From Eledone cirrhosa (taxonomy: Eukaryota): 64,000 nt of DNA. The DNA lies in the NCBI GenBank assembly GCA_964016885.1, contig OZ024742.1:120528001-120592000 (forward strand). Reading direction: 5' to 3'. Both the position numbers and the translations under genes were made by a program. Below the pieces are notes generated by a model. The model saw nothing but the letters and a program-made list of their open reading frames with translations. It was not told the origin of the DNA and ran no database searches. Position 1 is the stretch's first letter, and every line of letters starts with the position of its first letter. This document shows, one piece after another, positions 53,049 to 64,000 of the stretch.

Positions 53049-54937
53049 ACCTTCCAAACTGAAAGCCTCCAGCCAAGACGAACGTTTAAAACTGTGGCAA
53101 CATTTTCAGAACCTACTTGGCAAAGCACCACAGATCATCGAAGAAGAAATAATACCCGTTTTTACAGAGGAACACCAAATACAGAAAGGTCCTTTCACTA
53201 TGGAGGAACTACAGAAGGCAGTGAAAAGTATTGGTAACGGAAAAGCATGCGGACTCGACGAGATCCCAGCTGAAGTGTGGAAGGTACCTGAATTTCATCC
53301 AATCCTACTAGAGTTGTGTAATGGTGTCTATAATCAAGACAAATGGACTGAGGGATGTATACTCCCTTTTCCCAAAAAGGGCGATCTTGGAATGGCTAAA
53401 AACTACCGTGGCATAACACTAATGGCAATTGCCGCAAAGATATACAATCTCATGTTGTTTGACAGAATAAGACCTGTCATTGACCCCTTGCTCAGAAAAA
53501 AGCAAAATGGCTTCCGCACCAACAGATCAAGATCAGGGCAAATACTTACTATTCGGCGTATCTTGGAAGGTGTAAAAGCCCAAAACCTCCCAGCAGCTCT
53601 CTTGTTTATTGACTTTTCAAAAGTATTCGATTCCATCTATTGTGGGAGGATGAGAGAGATACAAAGGAAACAGTAAATGCCATCATGATGTTATATAAAA
53701 ACACCCGCGCAATGGTGCGCTCACCTGATGGAGATACCAACTTCTTTGACATCATTGCAGGGGTACTCCAAGGGGATACTCTTGCACCATATATTTTTAT
53801 CATCTGCCTCGACTATGTATTGAGAAAAGCCCTGGACGAAAACTTAGAGCTTGGTTTCACTCTCACAAAGCGAAAGTGTAGACGCCATGCAGCTCAGAAA
53901 ATCACCGATGCTGACTATGCGGATGATTTAGCGGTCCTTGCTGACTACCTTAAGGATGCAACATCACTACTTCACAGCATCGAATCAGTTGCAAAGGAAA
54001 TCGGACTCTATGTCAACGCAGGCAAAACAGAATATATTTGCCTGAACCAAGACTCCTCAGTTGGTATGCGAAGTCTAAACGGTGATATAATCAAGCAAGT
54101 TGATGACTTCAAATACCTGGGTAGCTATATCGCCTCCACAGAACATGATGTTAACATCAGACTGGGAAAAGCCTGGGGAGCTGCTGTGGAATCTGTGCTT
54201 GTTTATGGCTCTGTCACTTGGACGCTAATGTCGAAACTGGAGAAAAAGCTAGACGGGGCATACACACGTATGCTCCGTGCTGCTTTAAACGTGTCTTGGA
54301 GGGAACACCCAACAAATAAGGATCTCTATGGTAATATACCACCTATCAGCAGGTCAATATGTGGACAGAGACTCAGATTTGCTGGCCACTGTTGACGCAG
54401 CAAGGAAGAAATAGCAGGTGATGTGTTGTTATGGAGTCCATCTCATGGAGCAAGAAACACTGATCGTCCCAAGAAGACATACATCAAGCAACTTGAGGGC
54501 GATACTGGATGCACTGCGGAAGAACTGGCAAACGCTATGAGAGACAGAGATGGATGGAGGAAACGTGTCGTAGAAAGCCGAGCAAGCTCGACCTGATGAT
54601 GATGATATATATGTTTGTGTGTCTGTGTCTATATATATGTTTGCATGCATTAATGAATACACCAAGCTTTAGATTTAGTAAAATGTACAACCACAGATTC
54701 CAGCTATTTGCACCATTTTGGTTTCTAGTAATTACCTGGGGAATTGGTTGACCAAATGCTTTGCTTAATTGTTTTACTTATTTTTTTTAAATGTTATTCT
54801 TTCTCTTAGATTTCAGGCATTTTTCGAAAGCAAAGCATTGGCCCTAAAATATTACAGCGGGCCCTGCAATGCTACTGTGGGCCCCCTGGGGTCCACTTGC
54901 CATTGGGCAACCTGGCAAACTGGCCAGTCCACCACTG
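52472..54937. mobile_element. hAT-type non-autonomous DNA transposon hosting a nested RTE LINE
   Basis: TIRs CAGTGGCGGACTGG / CCAGTCCACCACTG; 8-bp flanks tatacata / catacata. Confidence 0.75.
53047..54605 (+). mobile_element. 5'-truncated RTE-clade LINE (family 3), RT with frameshifts and deletions
   Basis: GKACGLDEIPAE...NYRGITL...QNGFR...FIDFSK.FDS; GVLQGDTLAPYIF; YADD; FKYLGS; YTRMLRAALN; FAGHC; (GAT)n tail. Confidence 0.95.
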
Positions 54938-55814
54938 CATACATACATACATATATATATTCACACACACACACTTAGAAACCCTTTCAATTTAGCAGGA
55001 TACAGTAATGCTGTATTCGTTTCTTTGAAGTCACCAGTTGTAATTTCATTCAACACCACCAGCTCTCTCTCTCTCCCATTTTCCTTCTCTGTCTCTTTTT
55101 CTCTCCCTCTCTATGTTTCTCTCTCAATCTACTCTCACAACCACTATCTGTTTCTCTCTATCCTTCTCTCTCTATTTATGAAGGTACCCAGAAAACCCCA
55201 TATTTCAGGAACTCGTGCCCCGATTTACGTGAAACTTGTTTTATTCCATTTGTTTTCCCATTTCAGGGTCAACTTCCTTTCAAAGTATTTTCCCATTATG
55301 CGCCCTTTTGGCTGTATTACATTACAGCCAAGCAAGCAAGCAAGAAGCAATCACAGAGTTTTAGTAATATATAGGTTCATGCCAATTATACAATTTTGTA
55401 TAAACTGTGATGCTTTAAGGTTCAGTAATGTGCCCCTCTGATGTCTGTGCCCTAGGTAGCTTCCTAGTTGGCCTAATAGTAGCACTGACCCTGGAGGGTC
55501 CGTTAGCTGATATCATTACATTTACTAGAAAAATATGGCTGTGGGTGATTTTCTCCTAGTTTATGTGATATATATATTATCCAATTTTTCTACATATATA
55601 GAAGTAATTTGACCAAAGCATTCTTTCCTAATTTATGATGGTAGGAGAGAGAAATTTGACTGCTCTTTCTAGCAGGCCTTCTCTTAGTGTTTGTTATTTA
55701 ACTCCATATTAGCCCCGATTGACAGACATGATGAAGGGCATTCCAGCCATGTTCATCCTGTATAAGAGTAACTACATTGTCCTGCAAATTCTTTATTTAA
55801 GTCCTGCTGCATGC

Positions 55815-56054
55815 TTGTACTCATAGACACTTACTAAGTGACCCAAGAAGAAACTTGATGGAATATACACAAGAATGCTCAGAGCAACTTTAAACACATA
55901 CTGGAAGCAGCACCCTACAAACAAGTGACTTTATGACCATCCACCTGCTATCCGAGAGAGACGAACCAAATGTGAAGATGATGAGTGCAATCTAGAAGAC
56001 CTGCCTCAAGAAGCAGATGACTAAGATAAATGGAGAGAGAGAGATGGGGGGGGG

Positions 56055-56089
<35 letters not shown>

Positions 56090-56125
56090 CTGGTGATCCA
56101 TGCAACCAGCAAGTTGAGATGATGA
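55815..56125 (+). mobile_element. Decayed RTE LINE 3' fragment
   Basis: LDGIYTRMLRATLNTYWKQHPT and a gatgatgat tail. Confidence 0.75.
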
Positions 56126-58501
56126 TCATGATTATAGGCTGCAATTTGAAGGAGATTTGACTGCTATTTCCAGCAGATCAAGTGACCATATATAAGCTAC
56201 CTTGTTGTATGCCTAGACACTCACTCTTTCACACAACCTCTCTTTCCCTCTCCTTCTCTCTCTCCTCTCCCTTACACTTTCTATGTCATTCTTTTAGTAA
56301 TACAGTGTAAGGTATGAGTTACTTCTATTTTATTACTTCAGAAAGGCAGCTAGTATAAGAGGTGGAAAGAAATAGTCTAGCAGTATTTTGGCTACATATA
56401 TAGATATACTTACATACGCTCCATTATAATAAGAGTAATAAATATTGTTTTTAATTCTTGGATTAAAGTATTGGTTAATATTAGCTTTAGGAAATTTATT
56501 TTCATTGTGGAATTTGTATTTTTGACCAAATCAACTATTCTTATATCATGATTGCAACTTTAAACTTTTCTCTAACTTATAATTTACTTACTTATATATT
56601 AATTCTGAAGGTTATCTAAATATGAAGATCAACAGTTGATCTTGACTTATTGAGATCAAACTGAAGATTAGAGAAAGAGAAAATACACTCTAAATCATGA
56701 ACTGCAAGAATTTGATATTATTTTGGAACTATATATATATTATCCTATGCAATGGTGCAATAGATATGATCATATGCTTGACCTTTTATCATCAGAGGTA
56801 TATTCCAATGGTTGACCTTTTCACAGAAAATCTAGTATCTGAGCAAACTGGGGCAATGTAGAGTGAAGTACCCTGTTTGAAAATACTATAAAAACACTTG
56901 CAGTGGATTTACACTCACAGTCAATGAACAGATAGATCAGTATCTTATTCACTCCACTATTTTGCTTCTGTCATAGTTAGACCTGTAAAGATATCATTTT
57001 ATATAGCAGAGGTTCTGTGTTTATCAAATACTGCCATGTGCTAAATGTTTTGCTAAAAATGTATTACATAAATCAATAATTTATTTCATTTCTAACTTTT
57101 GAAACTCTTCAAAGTAGCAAATTTGATTTGGCAAACTAATATATATGCTGCAAGTAAGAGCTGCCAAGACGAAATATCTAAATTGTACCAAATATCTTTG
57201 ACTGCTTCCTATCATTTATCTGCATCAATAAATCACTTCCTGGACAGATTTTATTGTTTTTATTTAATATGAACAATAGTGTTTTTAATCTACAAGTAAC
57301 TAGATTCTATAAGGACTTTAATATCAACCATTGTCTTCTTTTATTTTCTGCTTCTTTTAATACATTCTCTTTGTGTCTGTATAAGCAAGTGTGTTATTTT
57401 TGATTTGAATAAATATATCTAAAAAGCTTGCTAATATTTAGTATTTTTATGCCATCATAAGCATGATCTCTTCATAAAACACTTGGCATATTTGTTGGCG
57501 TAATGTGCATAAAAGGTCAAAGCTAGTTATAAAACTATATTCTTTCTTCAATCAAGTTAACAATAAAACATGATACTTTTAATATTTTTGTGAAAGCATA
57601 ACATTTCTCCAGTTCCACAATTATAATATATTTATGTATTTTTTTCTTTTCTGGTATAACTAGAATAACCTCCTTCCTCCAGAACTAATAAAACATTTTT
57701 GTTCAATGTGTCAACTTTTCAGACCAAATCTACACATGTCATCATTAGAATCTGTTCACCCTTCTCTTATAAGTTCTTTTAACTATATATATATATGTAT
57801 AGTTTTTGTGAGTGGGAGAGGCAGTAATTTTTTACCTTCAAACAATAATTGTCCATACCTTTATCACTAACCCTTTTGATATGTTCATTATGGTGGATCT
57901 TTATAAGTAGTATTTTAGCCATCAGTATGATGTAAAATTGAATGCGCTCTCTCAACGCTGAATCAAAGGTGCATGATCTCTGAATAGTTCCCAACTAGGG
58001 TCAAAACGAAATCAGGCCAATCTGTTTTTTATATCTACGAAGCAAAAAAAGTAATTTATCTACATTTGTCCAGATGTATTATTGTACATCACATCATTAG
58101 CCAAAAACCTATAGAGCTTATAAAGGTATATTTTAACATATATTTCAAAGTATTAAACACATGCTGTTCATTCCATTAATGATTGAATAGCATCTACATT
58201 TGTTTTACTAAAACATTAATGTTACATCATTTTCATAGTTTTGTTGTTGTTTTATATGTCTTTGTTTTTGTCTTGGTTTGATCTGAAGGCAGATATTATC
58301 TCCATGGCCTTCACAGGGCAGAAGTTATAATGGATGAAGTTTTGGTTGGTGACAGCACACGTTAATGAGGATGACAAAGACAACAAACTACTGTCTAAGA
58401 AATTTAAACTCAGTTTCACGAGAACCCCTGAAAACATCATTTCATATATTGACTTGTCAAGAAAAACTAATATTGAGCATTATCATGAAAAACTTTGAGC
58501 T

Positions 58502-59100
58502 TTAACCCTTTAGCATTTATATTACTCTATATATGATGGCTGCAAACTCTGCTAAGAGTACTGCAATTGCTTGGAGGATTATAGAGTTTGGTGCACTTTT
58601 AGGTAACATATACCTGTAACATATACTGAACAAGCAATGCTTGTGCTTTGAATGTTTTTTAAGTAGGGAAAGGCCTTGCATTCGACCAATCCCACTCTCT
58701 GAGCATCGAAAACATTACCCGAAACGAAGAACTGGTCAACATCATCGGATGTTTCCGAAACCACAGGTTTTTTTCAGAGTTTTCCTCTCCTAGAAAGGTG
58801 TTGTGACAACAACTGGGTGTCTTTCACTCCCAGGTGAAAAAAAAAAAGTACTATTTGGATGGCCATTGACTCTGCTGAGTTCCTCCACCTTTTGCTCTAT
58901 ATATATTATTGTATTTTCAGGGTAAAGGCTTTACCTCACATAATTATCTCACACAATATTGAATCTATGAGATTTTGATATTATTTATTCTGAGAACAAT
59001 ACCTTAACACCAATATGAGCAGCCTGTTATGGCCGGTTTGAACAGAAAGAGGTGGTAGAATTCTGGCCAGATATGACCGATTTAGATGCTAAAGAGTTAA
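58502..59100 (-). mobile_element. piggyBac-type MITE interrupted by a 360-bp insertion (58535-58894)
   Basis: MITE TIRs at both ends; insert flanked by direct repeat ctctatatat (58525-58534, 58895-58904). Confidence 0.8.
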
Positions 59101-59466
59101 GGCAACTGAGCAGCACTAGTAAGATAAACAACTGAAACTTGATTCACTCTTCCAACCAATTTGTTCCAACTTTACTTCAACTGTTAATCCTGCTGATGAT
59201 ATTGATGTCATAGTTTCTGTTAACTCAGTCATCTCAGACCTCCATAGCTGGGAGGCAACATTAACACTACTTCCACCACATCAAACTCATCTGTCATCGT
59301 CCACAAGTAAATCAAATTAACAATTTACAATATTAACTTTTTTAGTTCTTACATGTCATAATGTTGAATAATTATTTAATATATATATTTATATACTTTA
59401 TATAGTTATATAATGTTTACAGTATTTTCTGTAAGTTTGTTAGTTTATTGTGTTAAGTGTATGCCC

Positions 59467-59772
59467 TCCTTTTCCTTATCATTATCATCATCATTGCCAT
59501 CACCACCACCACCACCATCACAATTATCATCATCCTCCTCATCATCATCATCATCATCATTATCAAGCACCATCATAAGAACTATCATAAGCATCACCTC
59601 CACCACCACCACTACCACCACCACCACCACCATCATCATCATCATCGTCGTCACCATCATTATCATCATCACCATCGTCGTCATCATCATCATCATTATC
59701 AAGCACCATGATAAGAACTATCATAAGTATCATAAGCATCATCACCACCACCACTACCACCACCACCACCAT
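59467..59772. repeat. Compound (CAT)n/(CAC)n microsatellite with an internal ~135-bp duplication, grown from a retroelement tail
   Basis: tatcaagcaccat.ataagaactatcataag occurs twice; adjacent to tttaacgtctatttttcatgcttgcatggg tail. Confidence 0.85.
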
Positions 59773-60219
59773 TTAACGTCTATTTTTCATGCTTGCATGG
59801 GTTAGACAGGGTGTCATGTTTTGAGGCTAGACTGATCTGGTGACTATATCTTGTTTACATGTTCCATTTCTGACTTGCATTCTATGTCAGAATAACCTTC
59901 CTAACACCAACTATTTTACAGCATGCACTGGAAGCACTTTATTGCGACTACATCACTACCACTATATTAGTGTTGACTGAGTGCTCCAATACTACCTTAT
60001 AGAGTGGATTGGGTGTTTTTCATCATGACATCAACACTACCTCTTTACAGAGTATACTGGGTGTATTTTATTGTGGCACCACCACTGATCTTGGTGCACT
60101 TTTTCTAACATCATATCTGCAAATAATATTTACTTTTGTCTGTTAACTTAAACATTAGCTTAAGTGGACACATTTTCTGTTCCCATTAGTATGATTTAAT
60201 GTGAGTTTATTGTAAATGC

Positions 60220-60254
<35 letters not shown>

Positions 60255-60606
60255 TCATCATCATCATCATCATCATTTTTACATCCACTTTTTCACGCCT
60301 GTGTGGGTTGGATGGGTCCTTCTCAAAACAACATCGCTCCATTCGCCATTTTCCTTTGTCATCTCTTCTGTGAGTCTCACCAATTTGAAGTCAGCTCTCA
60401 CCACCTCTGCTCAGGTCTTTCTTGGTCTGTCTGTACTGTGGCTTCCTTCCACTGGGATTTCCTGGAACTTCTTCACCCAGCAATCCATGCACATCACATC
60501 CATGCACATCGCATGTCCATACCAATGCAGTCTTCTCTCCTGAACACTACCTCGGATTCCTCTTAAACTCTTAAACTCAGCTTTTCCTTCAGCTCATTCA
60601 AGCACA

Positions 60607-60639
<33 letters not shown>

Positions 60640-60733
60640 AAAGAGTTGGGATCCCGTCTCTTTCCTATTACCACACTCTACTACCCCAAGTATCGAGTAC
60701 TCTGGTTAGTAATCGTCTAACAGGTGTTTTGAG
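60640..60733 (-). mobile_element. (TA)n-embedded fold-back element, copy D (hairpin collapsed)
   Basis: tttcctattaccacactctactaccccaagtatcgagtactctgg matches the A/B/C leader. Confidence 0.75.
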
Positions 60734-60749
60734 ATATATATATATATGC

Positions 60750-60816
<67 letters not shown>

Positions 60817-60854
60817 AGAAATTGGCTTGTATTGGCCGATAGTGCTTCTTATAG

Positions 60855-60908
60855 CTTTAATTGCCCTGATGAGTCCTTAATAGGACGAAACATTGTTGGC
60901 TAATAAAG
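60855..60908 (+). ncRNA. Minimal type I hammerhead ribozyme motif in a ~135-bp island between (TA)n tracts
   Basis: CTTTAATTGCC-CTGATGA-GTCC-ttaata-GGAC-GAAA-C-att-GTT-GGCTAATAAAG: canonical core, 4-bp stem II, stem I 9 of 11 paired. Confidence 0.8.
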
Positions 60909-60946
60909 ACTTTTGATGTATTGAAGGCTTCTTTGGTTTATTTTCA

Positions 60947-61052
<106 letters not shown>

Positions 61053-61746
61053 GAGAGAGAGAAAGACTAAACAAGGATAATACATGAAAAAAGAACATTT
61101 GTTTGCTTCGATTTCTAATAACATCATCTAGCCTGTCAATTGATTATTATATAATTTATGTAAATTTATGATCTCTTTTAAAAATCAAATTTATCTGACC
61201 AAAATTTTCCAGAAGCAGATTTATAAATTACTCACAAACACATCTACAGGTGCATAGTTCCCATAATGTTGCATCATTTTTCTATTGTAGAAATATGAAA
61301 ATAAATTATGTTTTGCTCTTAGGACTTTTTTCTAAGATGTTTGTTTATTCTTGTTGTTGTTGTCATCATTAATTAATTTTTTTTTCCTTGTTTGTAAATG
61401 TTACTCTATTTTATTCAGTTTATTAAATTATTTATTTTGCTGCGTTGAAACTAAATTACATTATTGATTTTTTAATTAAAAAAAAAAAAAGTATATGGTT
61501 TTATATTTTATATAGAAGATGCAATGAGAATCTGTGGTGTTCATGTCTTTCATGTGATATGTAGAATAAGATAGTGGACACAGTGTAGCCAAATGGTTAA
61601 GAAGATTGCTTTGCAATCATTAAGCCTTGTGAGTGAAATTGAGTTGACAGAAGCTGTTTCGAAGTCTATTAGATGTACTGCACTTGTAATTAAAAGAGCC
61701 AACCTTGTCACACCATATATCATGCTGGGTCTCTCTGGGAATTATA

Positions 61747-61962
61747 TTAACCTTTTAGTATTTAAACTGGCCATATCCGTCCAGAATTCTATCACCTCAT
61801 TCTGTCCAAACTGGCCATAACAGGCCCCTCATATTGATGTTAAGGTATTGTTCTCAAACTAAATAATATCAAAATCTCATAGATTCAATATTATGTGAGA
61901 TAAAGCCTTTACCGTGAAAATACAAAAATAAATATGGAGTAATATAAATGCTTAAGAGTTAA
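61747..61962 (+). mobile_element. piggyBac-type MITE
   Basis: TTAA-flanked, homologous to 8973-9189. Confidence 0.8.
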
Positions 61963-62167
61963 GGATATATGTATCTATGTAATGGTCAGCCACTGAAACA
62001 ATCATTGTTGAAACTGATGGAGGTCCATTCCAGAAGAAGATAGTAATATAAATTCAGTGAAATGACAATATTAGTTTCAAATTCATTTTCTTTTTTTTCT
62101 TTTGAACTAATCAGGATTAAAATTGACATATTGATTTCTTTTACAGGTATTATATATTGGAAACATA

Positions 62168-62354
62168 GGGCGGTGGATTGGCAGTATCGGTAGAGGGTCG
62201 GACGCCATGCTTTGACGCATAGAGTTACGGTCCTTGCCATTCTGAGTTCAAATCCCGCCCAGGTTAACTTTGCCTTTCATCCTTACGGGGTCGATAAAAT
62301 AAAGTACCAGTAATGCACTGGGTAATTGCTGGCCTTGTGCCTAAAGTAGAAACA
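62168..62354 (+). mobile_element. Full-length SINE family A with ~19-bp target-site duplication
   Basis: TSD attatatattggaaacata at 62149-62167 and 62355-62373; A and B boxes present. Confidence 0.92.
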
Positions 62355-62733
62355 ATTATATATTGGAAACATAGGGAAAATGAGCTTGTATGACATTCTT
62401 GCCTGAATTTTAATGCCTCAGTAATGTTGTAGATGTAACAGAATATTGAAAATTAGAGGTGAATAGTTAAGAAGCTGAATAGTTAAGAAGTTTGCTTTAC
62501 AACAACTTGGTAAATATCTTCTAGTATAACCTCAGGTTGACCAATGCCTTGTGAGTGAATTAAGTTCATGGAAATATATATATGTGTACATGTGTGTGTT
62601 TGTGTGCATGTCTTTAGAAGACTATAAACTCTTAATAATACACACACACACATTTATATATATATATACATCTAAACCCATGCTAGCATGGAAGATAGAC
62701 ATTAAACGATGATGATGATGATGATGATAATGA

Positions 62734-62770
<37 letters not shown>

Positions 62771-62774
<4 letters not shown>

Positions 62775-64000
62775 CAAAGATATGAAGATGGGGAAGGCAA
62801 CCGGTCCATCGGGTATAGCTGCCGAGATGCTGAAGGCATCTGGGTCTGTAGGTCACACTATAACCACACGTATCGTTAACCAGGTAATACTAGAAGGGGC
62901 CATACCAAAAGATTGGTGCAGTAGCATCATTGTCAACTGCTACAAAGGTAAAGGCGATGCACTAGATAGAGGAAACTATAGAGGTATAAAGTTGATGGAC
63001 CAGGTCATGAAAGTAACAGAAAGAGTTATAGCACAGCTGATTAGGGACCGGGTGAATATAGACGAGATGCAATTTGGGTTTGTACCAGGAAGAGGCACCA
63101 CTGATGCCCTCTTCCTTGTGAGGCAATTACAGGAAAAGTACCTAGCTAAAAGTAAGCCACTCTACTTGGCATTTGTCGACCTTGAGAAAGCCTTTGACAG
63201 AGTTCCACGTGCTGTAATCTGGTGGGCTCTTAGAAAACTAGGAGTAGATGAATGGCTTGTGAAAGTGGTACAAGCCATGTATAGGGGAGCAGTCAGCAAA
63301 GTTGGGATTAGCAATGAGTATAGCGAGGAATTTAGCGTACAGGTTGGGGTCCACCAGGGCTCTGTTCTTAGCCCTCTCCTGTTCATCATAGTCCTGCAGG
63401 CAATAACGGAGGAGTTTAAGACCGGATGCCCATGGGAACTCCTGTATGCTGATGACCTCGCACTTATAGCTGAATCTATGGTAGAACTAGAGAAGAAATT
63501 CCAAACTTGGAAGCAGGGACTAGAAAGAAAGGGTCTCAAAGTCAACATGACAAAGACTAAGGTCCTTGTAAGTAGACGAGAAAACAGAACCCAGATCCCC
63601 TCAGGGAAATGGCCTTGCTCAGTATGTAGGAAAGGTGTTGGTAGGAACTCCATTATCTCTGCCCCAAATGCAAACAATGGGTACACAAGAGATGTAGCGG
63701 GATCTCAGGAAGCTTAATTAAGAATGTAGGCTTCACATGCAGGAGCTGTACTGGGACAGCAAGCAGCAAACAGCCACAGGAAACAAGTACCACCAATCTC
63801 TGGGAGGGCTCTGTAGAGACAGTAGACAGCTTCTGCTACCTAGGTGACCGAATTAGCAGCAGAGGTGGGTGTTCAGAAAGTACAATAACTAGGGTAAGAA
63901 CGGGATGGAAGAAGTTCAGGGAACTACTACCACTGCTAGCTGCAAAAGGCTTCTCCCTCAAAATGAAAGGCAGACTGTATGATGCGTGTATCCGAACAGT
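62771..64000 (+). mobile_element. RTE-clade LINE (family 1), young 5'-truncated copy running off the window; RT domain with PHD-like insert
   Basis: 311-aa ORF: GKATGPSG, NYRGIKL, QFGFVPGRGTTDA, FVDLEKAFD, GVHQGSVLSPLLF, YADDL; one frameshift near 63655, then FCYLGD. Confidence 0.96.

Noticed and set aside
63162-63686. 174-aa antisense ORF (and similar ones at 21378-21764 and 53403-53803)
   Set aside because: Shadow ORFs opposite RT coding sequence

Overview
AT-rich eukaryotic genomic DNA dominated by (TA)n/(CA)n/(GA)n/(CAT)n microsatellites, tRNA-derived SINEs, RTE-clade LINE fragments and MITEs. This repeat landscape resembles an octopus/coleoid cephalopod genome (inference; no search run). 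No intact host protein-coding exon could be identified. A probable promoter lies at about 35.5 kb (exact GCGGAAGTGACGTCA ETS-CRE composite plus a second ETS site), with candidate non-coding exons running leftward on the minus strand. The most striking unexplained structure is a set of short fold-back elements sitting in (TA)n tracts. Some carry minimal type I hammerhead ribozyme motifs (four near-canonical cores at 29153-29197, 48833-48887, 50271-50322 and 60855-60908, plus several decayed ones), and many share a GAG(C/T)ACTC(G/A)A motif near one end. One family has a long hairpin whose two arms co-vary between copies. These are most plausibly non-autonomous Penelope-like/retrozyme-type elements; a coding Penelope-like relic is at about 15 kb. 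Other notable items: an RTE LINE with a twin-priming-type 5' inversion, a PHD-like zinc finger inside the RT of one RTE family, two RTE copies truncated at nearly the same position, and relics of HERO- and CRE-like restriction-endonuclease LINEs. All coordinates and alignments were read by eye.
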